Assembly: GCA_951406725.2 (NCBI GenBank)
Contig: OX597833.1
Coordinates: 20,646,001 to 20,710,000 of the forward strand
Reading direction: 5' to 3'
Origin: Octopus vulgaris
Taxonomy: Eukaryota
Length of the DNA stretch: 64,000 nucleotides
The position numbers and the translations under genes are program-made. Positions 1 through 13,199 of the stretch are shown piece by piece. The stretch's first letter is position 1, and each line of letters begins with the position of its first letter. Below the pieces are notes generated by a model that was not told where the DNA came from, did not search any database, and saw only the letters and a list, made by a program, of their open reading frames with translations.

Positions 1-1152
<1,152 letters not shown>

Positions 1153-1495
1153 CACACATCATTGTATTAGAATATTAAATGAACAATGAGGAGAATTAAA
1201 GAAAGCTTAGACAATACTGTATCAGATCAAAATGCATTACTATTGTTGGTATAACAGTTTAGCATCTCCGCCACCTTTTCAAAACTGCCATGATGGAATA
1301 GACCTATTCTCAACAGTGTTTCTGCTGTGATCGTTTGCGCAAACATGTCTGTATTGGATAAGGAGTTCGCTTCGCAACGACGTGATTTAGGCTTCCATTT
1401 CAATTGTTTTCTGCTATAGTCTCAGCTCAGCTAAAGACTTGTGAATAAAATTTGGTTGACGAAAACTGAGTTGAAACCCGTCAATGATAGATTTG

Positions 1496-1903
1496 GGATC
1501 TTTTCGGTTTGAACGGCAGTTTTTTTTTAGCGGTGTCATATGAAATTGTCACCCATAATTATGACCCTAGTATCGATCTATTGCATTTCAATCTGTTTTA
1601 GGGTTAGGGTTAGGGGTGAGAGGAAGGGTATCTTTTTTTTTTCAGAAATGTAAATAAACCGAATCTGTTTCTTAAACGAGGGACATATTCATACGGCACA
1701 GAATATTTTCACCTCAATAGACGGTTGAAATTGCAGAAATTGAAGAAAAAAAAACAACAAATATCTTATAAACTATAGAATTTTCTCAATAAAGCCAAGA
1801 GAAAAAGATGTTTTATAAACACATTCTGCCAGTATACGAAGTTTAATATTTTTTAGTTACCTAGAAATTATGTTAAAAACTGCCGTTCAAACCGAAAAGA
1901 TCC
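1496..1903. mobile_element. About 410 bp MITE with GGATCTTTTCGGTTTGAACGGCAGTTTTT TIRs (Merlin-like), intact copy
   Basis: TIRs at both ends; 8-bp TSD TAGATTTG at 1488-1495 and 1904-1911. Confidence 0.9.
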
Positions 1904-1975
1904 TAGATTTGTAACGAGAACAATATTTCTGATTTTGGCGAAACGATTTGATTGAGTTAAGTTTTGTGGGTGTTT

Positions 1976-1976
<1 letters not shown>

Positions 1977-2035
<59 letters not shown>

Positions 2036-2036
2036 C

Positions 2037-2090
<54 letters not shown>
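1977..2090. repeat. (TAC)n/(CAC)n trinucleotide microsatellite
   Basis: Directly visible. Confidence 0.95.
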
Positions 2091-2346
2091 GCAATGAATG
2101 CAAGACCAAGAATTCTGGTTGAAATTTTAAATGCAAAAATATTTTATCTTCAAACAAAATGTATTATCATCACGACCAATGACAGAAAAAATGTTTACAC
2201 CAAGTTAAAACAGTTTAACAGTTTATGAGGTATTTGCGTGCCAATGATGACAGTTATGAGAGGTGTCCGTCTGGCAGCCCGACCGTCTTTTGGTGTATGC
2301 CACCATTGATAGCGACTGAAATGAGAATTCTTTTCGTAGTTTGTTT

Positions 2347-2763
2347 CTTATTTCTTTATTGCCCACAAGGGGCTAAACATAGAGGGGGCAAACAAGGACA
2401 GACAAAGGAATTAAGCCGATTAGATCGACTCCAGTGTGTAACTGGTATTTAATTTATCGACCCCGAAAGGATGAAAGGCAAAGTCGACCTCGGCGGAATT
2501 TGAACTCAGAGCATAACGGCAGATGAAATACCTGTTTCTTTACTACCCACAAGGGGCTAAACACAGAGAGGACAAACAAGGACAGACAAACGAACTAAGT
2601 CGATTATATCGACTCCAGTGCGTAACTGGTACTTAATTTATCGACCCCGAAAGGATGAAGGGCAAAGTCGACCTCAGCGGAATTTGAACTCATAACGTAA
2701 CGGCAGACGAAATACGGCTACGCATTTCGCCCGGCGTGCTAACGTTTCTGCCTTCTGGCCGCC
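2347..2763 (-). mobile_element. SINE family B (Nin-domain-like core GCCTTTCATCCTTTCGGGGTCGATAAATTAAGTACCAG), tandem dimer
   Basis: Same sequence recurs at about 14838-15067, 29140-29357, 31840-32070, 32340-32565, 34192-34400, 62835-63065 and 63447-63735; B-box-like GAGTTCAAATTCC in the head. Confidence 0.8.
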
Positions 2764-3756
2764 TGATTCTTTTGGTAGTTTGTTTCTGTCTATGAAAAAG
2801 AGTACGAAAAGAACTATTGATTACATCCTGTTATATAAGAGATCCAAGTGGTCAGTTTTTTGCTGAAGTCACCTATAATCGAGCGAATCGTGTTCCTGTT
2901 GAAAACAGTGATCTCTTCCAGAAATCTGATTTGTCGGTTGTGCGCTATCGTCATCGATCCATAACAAAATCGTGATTATTGGAACTTAGCAATCAAATTT
3001 TGATTCCTTGGTATTTTGGGACTTCTCAAATATTCCTGCTACTAAATAAATTCGTTATCCGATTTAACATCTCCACTTGATCGTTGGATACGTTTAGCGG
3101 AGGTCTGCTCTGTTGCTAGCATTCAGATGGGAATAACTTTCTCCTTTCATTCTCTCCCAACCAGGGAGTCCCCCATGAATCTCATAATCGCTGTGATGTT
3201 CTTCTCAACTGTCTTGGGAAGCCGATACAGGAGAAACTTTAAAACACCAATTTTTCCACCTCATTTTCAATCCTCACAACGCCCTGGGAAGCTATTTTCT
3301 CCCTTTGGAAAACACAACTAGAATGTATAAGACTAAGAAACAAGCAGACTCTATTTCGATGCAGGTTGGCTGGGGCGAGTAAGAACAATTAGGTTGAGGC
3401 ATCCCATATTTCTTTCTATGCGTTGTGCGTATATATTCTGAAAACCGAGAAGAAAACAATTTTTATTTCTATTATGTCCAACGATCACATCGTGGCCTCT
3501 CTTATTTTGTCTACTTGTTTGACCAACCTCCACGGATGAGGAAACAGGCGGCCGGATTTTAAAACGCTCGGAATGTTGGTAGGAAGTTAAGATAAGTATT
3601 CCGAAGTAGCGGGAGATTTTAAAAAAAATATTTTGAAATTAATTATTTTTCCTTTTTCAGAATCGCGATCTCCGTACTTTTGCCCCCACAAAATCCCAAG
3701 AATTTTTCACATAAAAACCCCCCACGACAAACAACCCCACCACAAGTATTTGCGCG

Positions 3757-3791
<35 letters not shown>

Positions 3792-4349
3792 ATGTGTATT
3801 TGAAATCTTGAATGATTGTTATAGGGGCAAAATCGTAATCCCTGTTATTAAAAACAGATCTCGAAAAAAATTTTGAAAAATAAAACAAAAGTAGCGGGTT
3901 GCATATTCAATACGTCTGCCCTGCTTACTATATATATATGTGTGTGTGTGTGTTTGTGTTTGTACATATATATGTAGTTACACACACACGCACATACACT
4001 CACACACAGATATATAGACGTAACTAACGTCTAGTGAACCAGTGATCACCCTCAAATTAGACTACTTTTTATCCCTTTTACCACAAGTTTTGTGTTTCAG
4101 TATTATTATAAATTCCTCTCATTTAGATCGTCCAGGAAAGCTTTCCTAAAATAGTAGAGATACGATGGCTTAAATACGAAATTAGGGTTTGCTCTCTCTC
4201 CGACTTGACCACGTTTTGTCCCGTAAATTTTTTTTGAACGGCACCAAATTTCAGTATTAGGTTCCTCTTGTTTAGATTTTTGGGAAAAGCTTAACTATAG
4301 TAAATTGTTTTTTAAAAAATAACAGAAACATGATGACTTAAAGACAATA

Positions 4350-4650
4350 GCTGGCATTACTCCCTCAGATTTAGAGAAGGCATTCCATGTGAACAAGAAT
4401 ACAGAATATCTGTCAGCATATGTGGATGACGTCACGTTATTATGTCGGCATACGTGGATGACGTCACGTTATTATGTCGGAACCGCTTTCAGGAACTACG
4501 AAACGTTAACATGAACCAAAACCAACCGGGAAAAAGTCAGAGGACCTGCAGCTCCGTACCTTGGCACCTGAAGAGGTAGGTCCATTCCGTTCAAAGGTGT
4601 CGTGCGACGCTGGTCACACGGATCAGTTAAATTGCTCGGGGTTTGGTCTG
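4350..4650 (+). mobile_element. Degenerate Tx1/L1-like reverse transcriptase fragment
   Basis: SAYVDDVTLL (YxDD motif) present twice through a 32-bp tandem duplication (4411-4442, 4443-4474), followed by NREK and VKLLGVW-like RT motifs; frameshifted. Confidence 0.7.
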
Positions 4651-4888
4651 TAAAGAGTCGTGGGTGGTGCCCTTCTTCCTCTGACTCAGCCATAAAAAAT
4701 AATTCCCCTCCAGGGGCTTCGTTGTTATCAAATGTTCCATTCGACTAGAGACAGTACTGTACTGAATACAATACAGAATTTAATATATATTTCAACTCTA
4801 CTGGAAAGAGCATGCATGACTGAATTGACAGAGGCAACATGAAGACTAGCTAAGAGATCCGTGGTTTGTATCCTGCCATAGGAACTTC

Positions 4889-6771
4889 GGATCTTTTCGG
4901 TTTGAACGGCAGTTTTTTCTAGCGGTGTCATATGAAATTGTCGCCCATAATTCGCCCTAGTATCGATCTATTGCATTTCAATCTATTTTAGGGTTAAGGT
5001 TAGAGTTAGGGGTGGGTGAAGGGTATCTTTTTTTCTTCAGAAATGTAAATAAACCCAATCTGTTTCTTAAACGCGGGACATTTTCATACGGCACAGAATG
5101 TTTTCACCTCAATAGACGGTCATTGATTGGTTGAAATTGCAGAAATTGAAGAAAAAAAAACAACAAATATCTTACAAAGTATAGAATTTTCTTAATAAAG
5201 CCAAGAGAAAAAGATGTTTTATAAACACATTCTACCAGTATACGAAGTTCAAAAGTGGGTACTTGTCAATTGTCGTGGTCCCGGTTTTGCACACGCGAAT
5301 TCGCGCGCGCGCGCGCGTCAGACGTAGGTACTCGATACTCGAGATCCTACGAGGTGACTTGCGCATGCGCAGTGCAGAATTCGCGCGTGCGCGTTAAACC
5401 CCCCTAAAAAAAAAGGTGTTGGATTTCACTAAAAATATATGTGTGTGTGTGTGTGTGTGTGTATATATAACATTTTCAATTTTACACAAAAAAATTACAT
5501 AGTCGCTTTCCTCGCGGATTTACAGAGAAATGAATTAATTACTATTTTACAGAATAAAATTAATGAATTAATTATATAAATTAAATAATTCTTGAAAATT
5601 AATTAATATTAATAATATTTTTTGAACAAAGTAAATAATTTATAAAACTTGGTTAATAATTTTTTTTACACAAACGCGAACGTATATAATTTGTGAAACT
5701 TTTTTTTTTTTACAGACGTATATAATTTGGTAAACTTAATGAATTAATTTCTTCTCATCATCATCATCGTTTAACGTCCGTTCTCCATGCCAGCATGGGT
5801 TGGACGGTTCGACCGGGGATCTGGGAAGCCAGAAGGCTGCACCAGACTCCAGTCTTATCTGGCAATGTTTCTACAGCTGGATGCCCTTCCTAACGCCAAC
5901 CACTCCGAGAGTGTAGTGGGTGCTTTTTACATGCCACCCGCACAGGTGCCAGGCGAGGCTGGCAACGGCCACGGTCGGATTGGTGCCAGTCGAGGCGGCT
6001 CTGGCATCGGCCACGATTCGGATAGTGCTTTTTACGTACCACCAGTCCAGGGGTCCTGGCATTTGCCGGGTGCCACACTTGCCCCAACATGTCTTCGCAA
6101 GCAAAGGGGGTTGGCATGGGTGCCTGTCGTGGGATGAGGTTCGATATCAACTTCGCTTGCCTCAACAGGTCTTTGTGTATAAATGTATAAATTTTTCGCA
6201 CTAAATTCTTTCCGTAGAATTTATAAAAAAACGCGCAAAATTATTCCGTAGACTTTATCAAATTAAAAAACGCAAAATTAATATATTTTTTGAAATTGCA
6301 AATTATTTAGAATATAAAACAAATTAAGTTAAATTTTAAAAATAAATGTCATATACTTATACTCTGTAAGGTGCTGTGTTCACACTTCAATTTACTATTT
6401 TCTAGAAATGTTGCTTTTCTAATTGAAACAATTTTTCTCAATCTCCATTTAAAAGTCCATAATGCCTCTTGAGCCATATCAAAATGAACAACTTTGAATT
6501 ACCCGGTGGTGGTGGTGGTGGTGGTGTGAGGTTCTAATTTTTTTTCTGATCTCTCTTTGCCCCCTCTTTATCTCAGTTGTTCATTCAGCTAATATTTAGA
6601 AAAATTTTCGCGCCCAATTTTTGTTGTCGCGGGAAAAGATGAACGATTTAAAATAAATATATCTTAATTGTAGTGTGAGAAAGTATATATATTCTGATGA
6701 CAAAATATATTATCTTTCAAAAACATCCCAAATTTATAGACTATATCGTGTAGGTTTAAGAAATATATATA

Positions 6772-6802
<31 letters not shown>

Positions 6803-8237
6803 ATATATACATATATAGTAGAGAATGAAACATCTTTCATCTGTCTCCCCACCACACCTCCATCTAGGGGGGGCAAAGAGAGATCAGAAAAAAAATTAGA
6901 ACCTCACACCACCACCACCACCACCGGGTAATTCAAAGTTGTTCATTTTGATATGGCTCAAGAGGCATTATGGACTTTTAAATGGAGATTGAGAAAAATT
7001 GTTTCAATTAGAAAAGCAACATTTCTAGAAAATAGTAAATTGAAGTGTGAACACAGCACCTTACAGAGTATAAGTATATGACATTTATTTTTAAAATTTA
7101 ACTTAATTTGTTTTATATTCTAAATAATTTGCAATTTCAAAAAATATATTAATTTTGCGTTTTTTAATTTGATAAAGTCTACGGAATAATTTTGCGCGTT
7201 TTTTTATAAATTCTACGGAAAGAATTTAGTGCGAAAAATTTATACATTTATACACAAAGACCTGTTGAGGCAAGCGAAGTTGATATCGAACCTCATCCCA
7301 CGACAGGCACCCATGCCAACCCCCTTTGCTTGCGAAGACATGTTGGGGCAAGTGTGGCACCCGGCAAATGCCAGGACCCCTGGACTGGTGGTACGTAAAA
7401 AGCACTATCCGAATCGTGGCCGATGCCAGAGCCGCCTCGACTGGCACCAATCCGACCGTGGCCGTTGCCAGCCTCGCCTGGCACCTGTGCGGGTGGCATG
7501 TAAAAAGCACCCACTACACTCTCGGAGTGGTTGGCGTTAGGAAGGGCATCCAGCTGTAGAAACATTGCCAGATAAGACTGGAGTCTGGTGCAGCCTTCTG
7601 GCTTCCCAGATCCCCGGTCGAACCGTCCAACCCATGCTGGCATGGAGAACGGACGTTAAACGATGATGATGATGAGAAGAAATTAATTCATTAAGTTTAC
7701 CAAATTATATACGTCTGTAAAAAAAAAAAAAGTTTCACAAATTATATACGTTCGCGTTTGTGTAAAAAAAATTATTAACCAAGTTTTATAAATTATTTAC
7801 TTTGTTCAAAAAATATTATTAATATTAATTAATTTTCAAGAATTATTTAATTTATATAATTAATTCATTAATTTTATTCTGTAAAATAGTAATTAATTCA
7901 TTTCTCTGTAAATCCGCGAGGAAAGCGACTATGTAATTTTTTTGTGTAAAATTGAAAATGTTATATATACACACACACACACACACACACATATATTTTT
8001 AGTGAAATCCAACACCTTTTTTTTTAGGGGGGGGGTTTAACGCGCACGCGCGAATTCTGCACTGCGCATGCGCAAGTCACCTCGTAGGATCTCGAGTATC
8101 GAGTACCTACGTCTGACGCGCGCGCGCGCGCGAATTCGCGTGTGCAAAACCGGGACCACGACAATTGACAAGTACCCAAAAGTGTTTAGTTACGTGGAAA
8201 TTATTTTAAAAAACTGCCGTTCAAACCGAAAAGATCC
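4889..8237. mobile_element. Second copy of the GGATC MITE, interrupted by the 2.9 kb foldback element
   Basis: TIRs at 4889 and 8237; 8-bp TSD GGAACTTC at 4881-4888 and 8238-8245; body collinear with 1496-1903. Confidence 0.9.
5258..8176. mobile_element. Non-autonomous foldback DNA element with about 1.3 kb inverted arms (5258-6564 / 6869-8176) and GGTACT...AGTACC ends
   Basis: Arms are reverse complements (identical ORF translations on opposite strands, e.g. 5787..6137 and 7293..7643); 8-bp TSD CAAAAGTG at 5250-5257 and 8177-8184. Confidence 0.92.
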
Positions 8238-8544
8238 GGAACTTCTCTGTTTCTAGAATGCTTAACCCTCAAATTTCTTGTAACATCAAGTGATTCATTA
8301 GTTCACACTGTCGAGTTCAAATTCTACTCGGAGGTAGATATTGTTACGAGGGAGAAATAACGTTATTGATCACTTGACTAATTTGAAGGACACTGCAAGT
8401 TTTTTTTTGTCTTTTGTTTTATGCGTCTTCGCTTTGAAGGCGAACTTTGAAATGGTAAAAGAACGCGCAGTATCAATTGGTGACGCAAAGAACGCAGAGT
8501 GTGAAGATGGTGGCGTAAACAAACAGTAAAAAAAGGATAGTCCT

Positions 8545-9055
8545 GTTTCTTTATTAGCCACAAGGGCCCAAACATAGAGGGGGACAATATAGCCTGATTG
8601 GGGTCAGACACAATGATTATATGACTTTTAAACTTTTACAAAACATAATAAAATCGAATGAGCTATAACAAGGACAAAATACAAACATGAAATGAAGCAG
8701 AGAGATGGGTTACGCTCCGACCCCACGAGCCCCATTCTCCTAGTGGAACCTTTGTATACAGACTAATGACATGTTCACGAGAGTGTGAAGTTGGCTACGA
8801 AATAGTCAGTGTAAGAATGTAATATGACTAGTCGAAGTGAACCCGGGCGACAAAGAACCATGTCACACGAGACATCCAGCCAGGTATGACTTCTTCCTCT
8901 CTAAGCAAGTTGGCCTTCAGGGCTGGCCTCCAGTTCCCCAGATTCTGTCTTGGTTGTTGGAGCCGTGTTAATGTCAGGAAGCCACAGTTCGCAACAATAT
9001 CATATTCCATCTGTCCAATACTTCTATTCTGCTGCATAACTACCACCTTTCTCTG
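8545..9055 (-). mobile_element. 3' end remnant of a non-LTR retrotransposon (probably Tx1/L1-like)
   Basis: Ends in GTCCCCCTCTATGTTTGGGCCCTTGTGGCTAATAAAGAAA, matching a second remnant at about 49990-50212 and the SINE B tail. Confidence 0.5.
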
Positions 9056-9516
9056 TTAAGTACATGTCCTCGAGCTCAGCTACCAAGAGCTTCGTATTTG
9101 AGTTTGTAGCTTGGTTTTAATTCCAGCCTGAGTTGAACAGAAATAGTAGAGATAGACTAATTGCTTTACTCCACTCTAAGGGTAGCAAACTTTTTTTTAA
9201 AGATTACGTTAAATTCCCTGCAATCTAATAAGGTCTTAGTAAAGGAAAATTTATTAAATTTTCACAGAGTAGGAGTGGCTGTCTCGTGGATATACGTGTT
9301 TTTTTGGCGGTGAGTCAAACGTTTTGTTGAACGTTGGATAATTTTTCGGTTGGAATTGTTGACTGTATATTGTTAAACTTTGAAAATTTTTGTGCTTTTC
9401 TCGGTGACGGGAGAAAGTAATTGTTTGTGTAGATTTGAACTGTTGTCCTCGTTGAGAGGAAAAAAAAATTATAGGTTTCCCATTTTCTGGGATTAAATGG
9501 TGTATAAATGTATTTC

Positions 9517-10066
9517 GGATCTTTTTACTGGTACTACTAGCGAACAGTGGTCCCGGTGCGCGCACTCACGCATCCGCGCTAGCTAGTCGTAAGTAGTCGA
9601 TCCTACAACGACTTGCGCGCATGTTTGTATTTCAAGGCTGAATACATATCAAAGTAAATAAAATGTAAAGTAAATAATTTTTTAAACTAAGTAAATAAAT
9701 TATTTTTATAAACAAACTAAAGTTAGGGTTAGGGTTAAAAAGTCGTTGTAGGATCGACTACTTACGACTAGCTAGCGCGAGTGCGCGCACCGGGACCACT
9801 GTTCGCTAGTAGTACCCTTTTTACTTTGACCGGCAGATTTTTAAAATAATTTCTTTGTACCTAAACACTTTTAAACTTCGTATACTGGTACAATGTGTTA
9901 CATAAAACATCTTTTTCTCTTGGCTTTCTTGAGAAAATTCTGTAGTTTGCAAGCTATTTGTTGTTAAATTTCTTGCATTTCGGCAATTTCAACCAATCAA
10001 TGACGTCTATTGAGGTGAATACAATTTCTGCTGTTGTTTGTCAACAATTTCTCCCACCCACCCCCA
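9517..10066. mobile_element. Third, diverged and truncated copy of the GGATC MITE (reverse orientation), interrupted in its TIR
   Basis: 9840-10030 is the reverse complement of the MITE body; removing the insert rebuilds a TIR GGATCTTTTTACTTTGACCGGCAG. Confidence 0.8.
9530..9816. mobile_element. 287 bp MITE with about 80 bp TIRs and GGTACT...AGTACC ends (Merlin-like)
   Basis: TIRs 9530-9614 and 9740-9816; 9-bp TSD CTTTTTACT at 9521-9529 and 9817-9825. Confidence 0.9.
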
Positions 10067-10069
10067 TCT

Positions 10070-11630
10070 GTGGCGCCCGCTCCCAAACAAAACACCCAAA
10101 AACCCCAGGCCATGCACACACCAGTCCCGACAGAAACAAATGCACCCACCCCTCTCGAGTAACAACTCCCCTGGAAGACACCATGGAGGTGACTGAGGGG
10201 GAATTCAAGACACCCAGAAAAAAAAGAACGCTTGAACCTTTCCCATCCATATACACCGCAGGAAGAAAAAAAGATCCCGCTCCACTTTCCCAGAAGAGAA
10301 AATAAAGAAAAAAGACGGAACAAAAACCCTGGTAAAATTTGATACCAGGGATAAATATATCATGGACACATTAAAGAAACCACCACACCGTGGAGCTGTT
10401 GCAGCAGCCCGAATAACTGAAAAACTGTACAATGAAATGAAGGGTAGGCATTCGAGGACCATCACAAGCATCCCGGACCTTCCACAGTATTTGAAGGAGC
10501 AGGAGGAAGGACTGCCTCGCGTGTGGTGAGGTCAGCCCCAACATCACCAATAAAAGTCAAAGAGTAAGTAGAACCCTTGCTTTTCTTTTGTTTTGAATGA
10601 CTGCACTTAATCTTGGGTTTTTGAATGTGCGTGGTCTGGGCTCGAAGTGGAAGCAAGCTTGTTTCCTCGACGACCTCAGATCACACGATATGCATGTGAT
10701 GGTTGCTACAGAGACTAAGCTGGACAGTCTACAAGCCTTCTCGCCCCTCCTGAATGACTATGAGAAAATCATGTCTCTTAGCCGGACTGGAGGGCGAGAG
10801 GGTGTAGTAGTACTGGTTCGAAAAGGCTTGGCTCTGCATACAAGTACAGTCTATGTAGACCCAGAAGATGGGCTGGTCATCCTTGATGTGACATACAGCA
10901 GTAAAGCCTTCAGGTTGATCGGGATCTATGCACCTTATGCTAGAGGATTTCAAACTGATTTTTATCAGCGCCTAGAGAACTTTCTCGTGATGTCGAAGAG
11001 ATTAGTGGTGTTAGGTGACTATAACGCTACCGTTGATGCATGCATCGATAGTGTTGGCTCAATCTATAGAAAAGTAAACTCGCGTCTCGTAGATCTGCTC
11101 AAGTGTTTTCAGCTGGCATATCATTACAGACTTGACCATCCGAATGTCTCAGAGTGGACCTGGATGAGTGGCAATGGAAGGTTCAAGTCCTATTTAGATA
11201 GGATAGTGATAAGAACTGGAGATAAGTCTAGTTTTAGCTGTCCATAGCTTATCCAAGTAGCTTACACTGACCACAGAATAGTTAAGAGTAGACTGGACAT
11301 AGTACAGTTAAGAGAGGATCCGGCTACTGGAAGCTGAACAAGTCTGTCTTGACTTGTGAGGCATACCGTAGCCGGATTGAGGAATAAGTACAGAGGACGT
11401 TAACAGGCGTGGTGGTTAATAACTGATGGTGGTTTGCCCTCCAGAAAGTCATTCGTTTTGAGTCTATTAGGTTTAGCTGTCAGCTAAAACTAGATAAGGC
11501 CAGAATAAAAGGGCAACTAGTTAAGGACCTAGAGGAGGTGTTGAGGTTGGGCTCTGCATCTCGGCAGCGAGAACGGCCTTGGACCGTCACCTCAAAGCCA
11601 AACATGAGGGGTGCAGAGTTCGGGCTAAAG
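10070..11630 (+). mobile_element. Tx1/L1-like LINE fragment: ORF1 tail plus APE endonuclease of ORF2 (10597-11247, continuing through stops and a frameshift)
   Basis: LNVRGL, ETK, IYAP, LGDYN, SYLDRI, TDH and GYWKLN motifs of apurinic-like endonucleases; truncated at a SINE tail near 11630. Confidence 0.88.
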
Positions 11631-13199
11631 TGCAGTGCTCCAGCATGGCCACAGTCAAATGACTGAAACAAGCAAAAGAGTAAATATATGGTAAAATTCT
11701 AATTACATTTATTGTGAATATGTTATAAATATTAAAGTAAGAAACAAAATGTGTGTAGAATTTTTAATGATGTTTTGTTTTATGAATTTAAGAAAATTTG
11801 AATAAAGATTAACTGACTATATTTGATGGCATAAATAAGGCAACAAGCTGGCAGAACTGTTAACATGATGGGCAAAATGATAGTGGTGTTTTGTCTGTCT
11901 TTATGTTCTGAGTTCAAATTCTGCTGAGATTAACTTTGCCTTTCGTCATTTTGGGGGTCGATAAAATAAGTATCAGTTAAAGATTGGGATCCATGTAATC
12001 AGCTTTCTCCCTCCCCTGAACTTGCTGTCATGCACCAAAGTTTGGGCCTCACAGAGGCAATGACAAGTGATCAAGCCCTTTGGCTATATGTCATGCTTGA
12101 GAAGACCCATCAGACCAAGTGGAACTGTAGTCATGGCTGATGATGGTGTTACATAAGTGGCACCCGTGCCAGTGGCACATAAAAAGAACTCTTCATTAGC
12201 ATGCCAGGCAAAATGCTTAGCAGTATTTTGTCCATATTTACATTCTAAGTTCAAATTCTGCCAAGGTCGACTTTGCCTTTCATCCTTTAGGGGCTGATAA
12301 AATAAGTACCAGTTGATCACTAGGGTCGATGTAACCAACTCAACCCTTCCCCTCAAAATACTGGCCTTGTGCCAAAGTTTGAAACTAATATCATTGGTAA
12401 GAAGCCAAGCTAGGCTGAAGAGACTGGATAAAAATTAGCCGATAGTATAGTGAGTATTAGTGACAAGATTAGCTTAAAGGAGGCCCAACTGTGCATATAG
12501 GAGCCAAAGTGATTGTTTGAGATTTTGTTTTGCTTGAAAAAGTGTGTTTTATATTCCATCTGATATGATATATCTTACATACAGTTTGTAGTGTAAGATT
12601 CTACCTTTGTTAGGCGTTGCCTGAAATCACAATTTTGGCATCTTCCTGCAATAGTGCTTCTTCTTGTGACAGTAAGTACCATTTATGCTGCTAGCAAATA
12701 TCCGTGTTGTGGATCACTCTGTAACACATTTTCCTTTTGAATTTTATGAGAATGATAAAATAAATACCAGACTGAAAAATTTTTTTTTTTAAATAAGTAC
12801 AGGAGTTGATTCTTTGAAGTGGTGCTCCAGCATGGCTGAAACCAGTAAAAAAATGAATGATAAATGTTTGAAATTAAAAAGAAACAAACAAATAACAACA
12901 TTAATTTCTGAAAATATTTTATTCTTTGGACGGACTGGTGGTGTAAAGAAAGAGAAAAAAAACCCTAAACTTACAAAATATACATCCTCAGAGGTTTCCA
13001 ACCAGTTAACACTGGTCAACACAAAGCATATTAATAACAAAATATCAACTAGTATAATACAGTAATAAATGTGATACAGTAATAACATGGTATAATACAG
13101 CAACAAGATTATAAATATTATAGATTTAACATTGTTTTATAGTGTGAATAAATGATGGTGGTGGTAGTAGTTTTTAGTTGTTTAATACTAGTCAACAAC

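Noticed and set aside
5787-7643. Identical 77-116 aa ORFs on opposite strands
   Set aside because: Chance ORFs in a SINE duplicated by the foldback arms; not a gene pair
5257-8177. Polinton/Maverick reading (6-bp TSD AAAAGT with GGGTAC ends)
   Set aside because: The related 9530-9816 element fixes the terminus as GGTAC, giving an 8-bp TSD; no AG...CT ends and no Polinton genes
12600-12740. Possible small exon (AG...GTAAGT on plus, or AG...GT on minus)
   Set aside because: No recognisable protein in any frame and no partner exons; cannot be supported without RNA data
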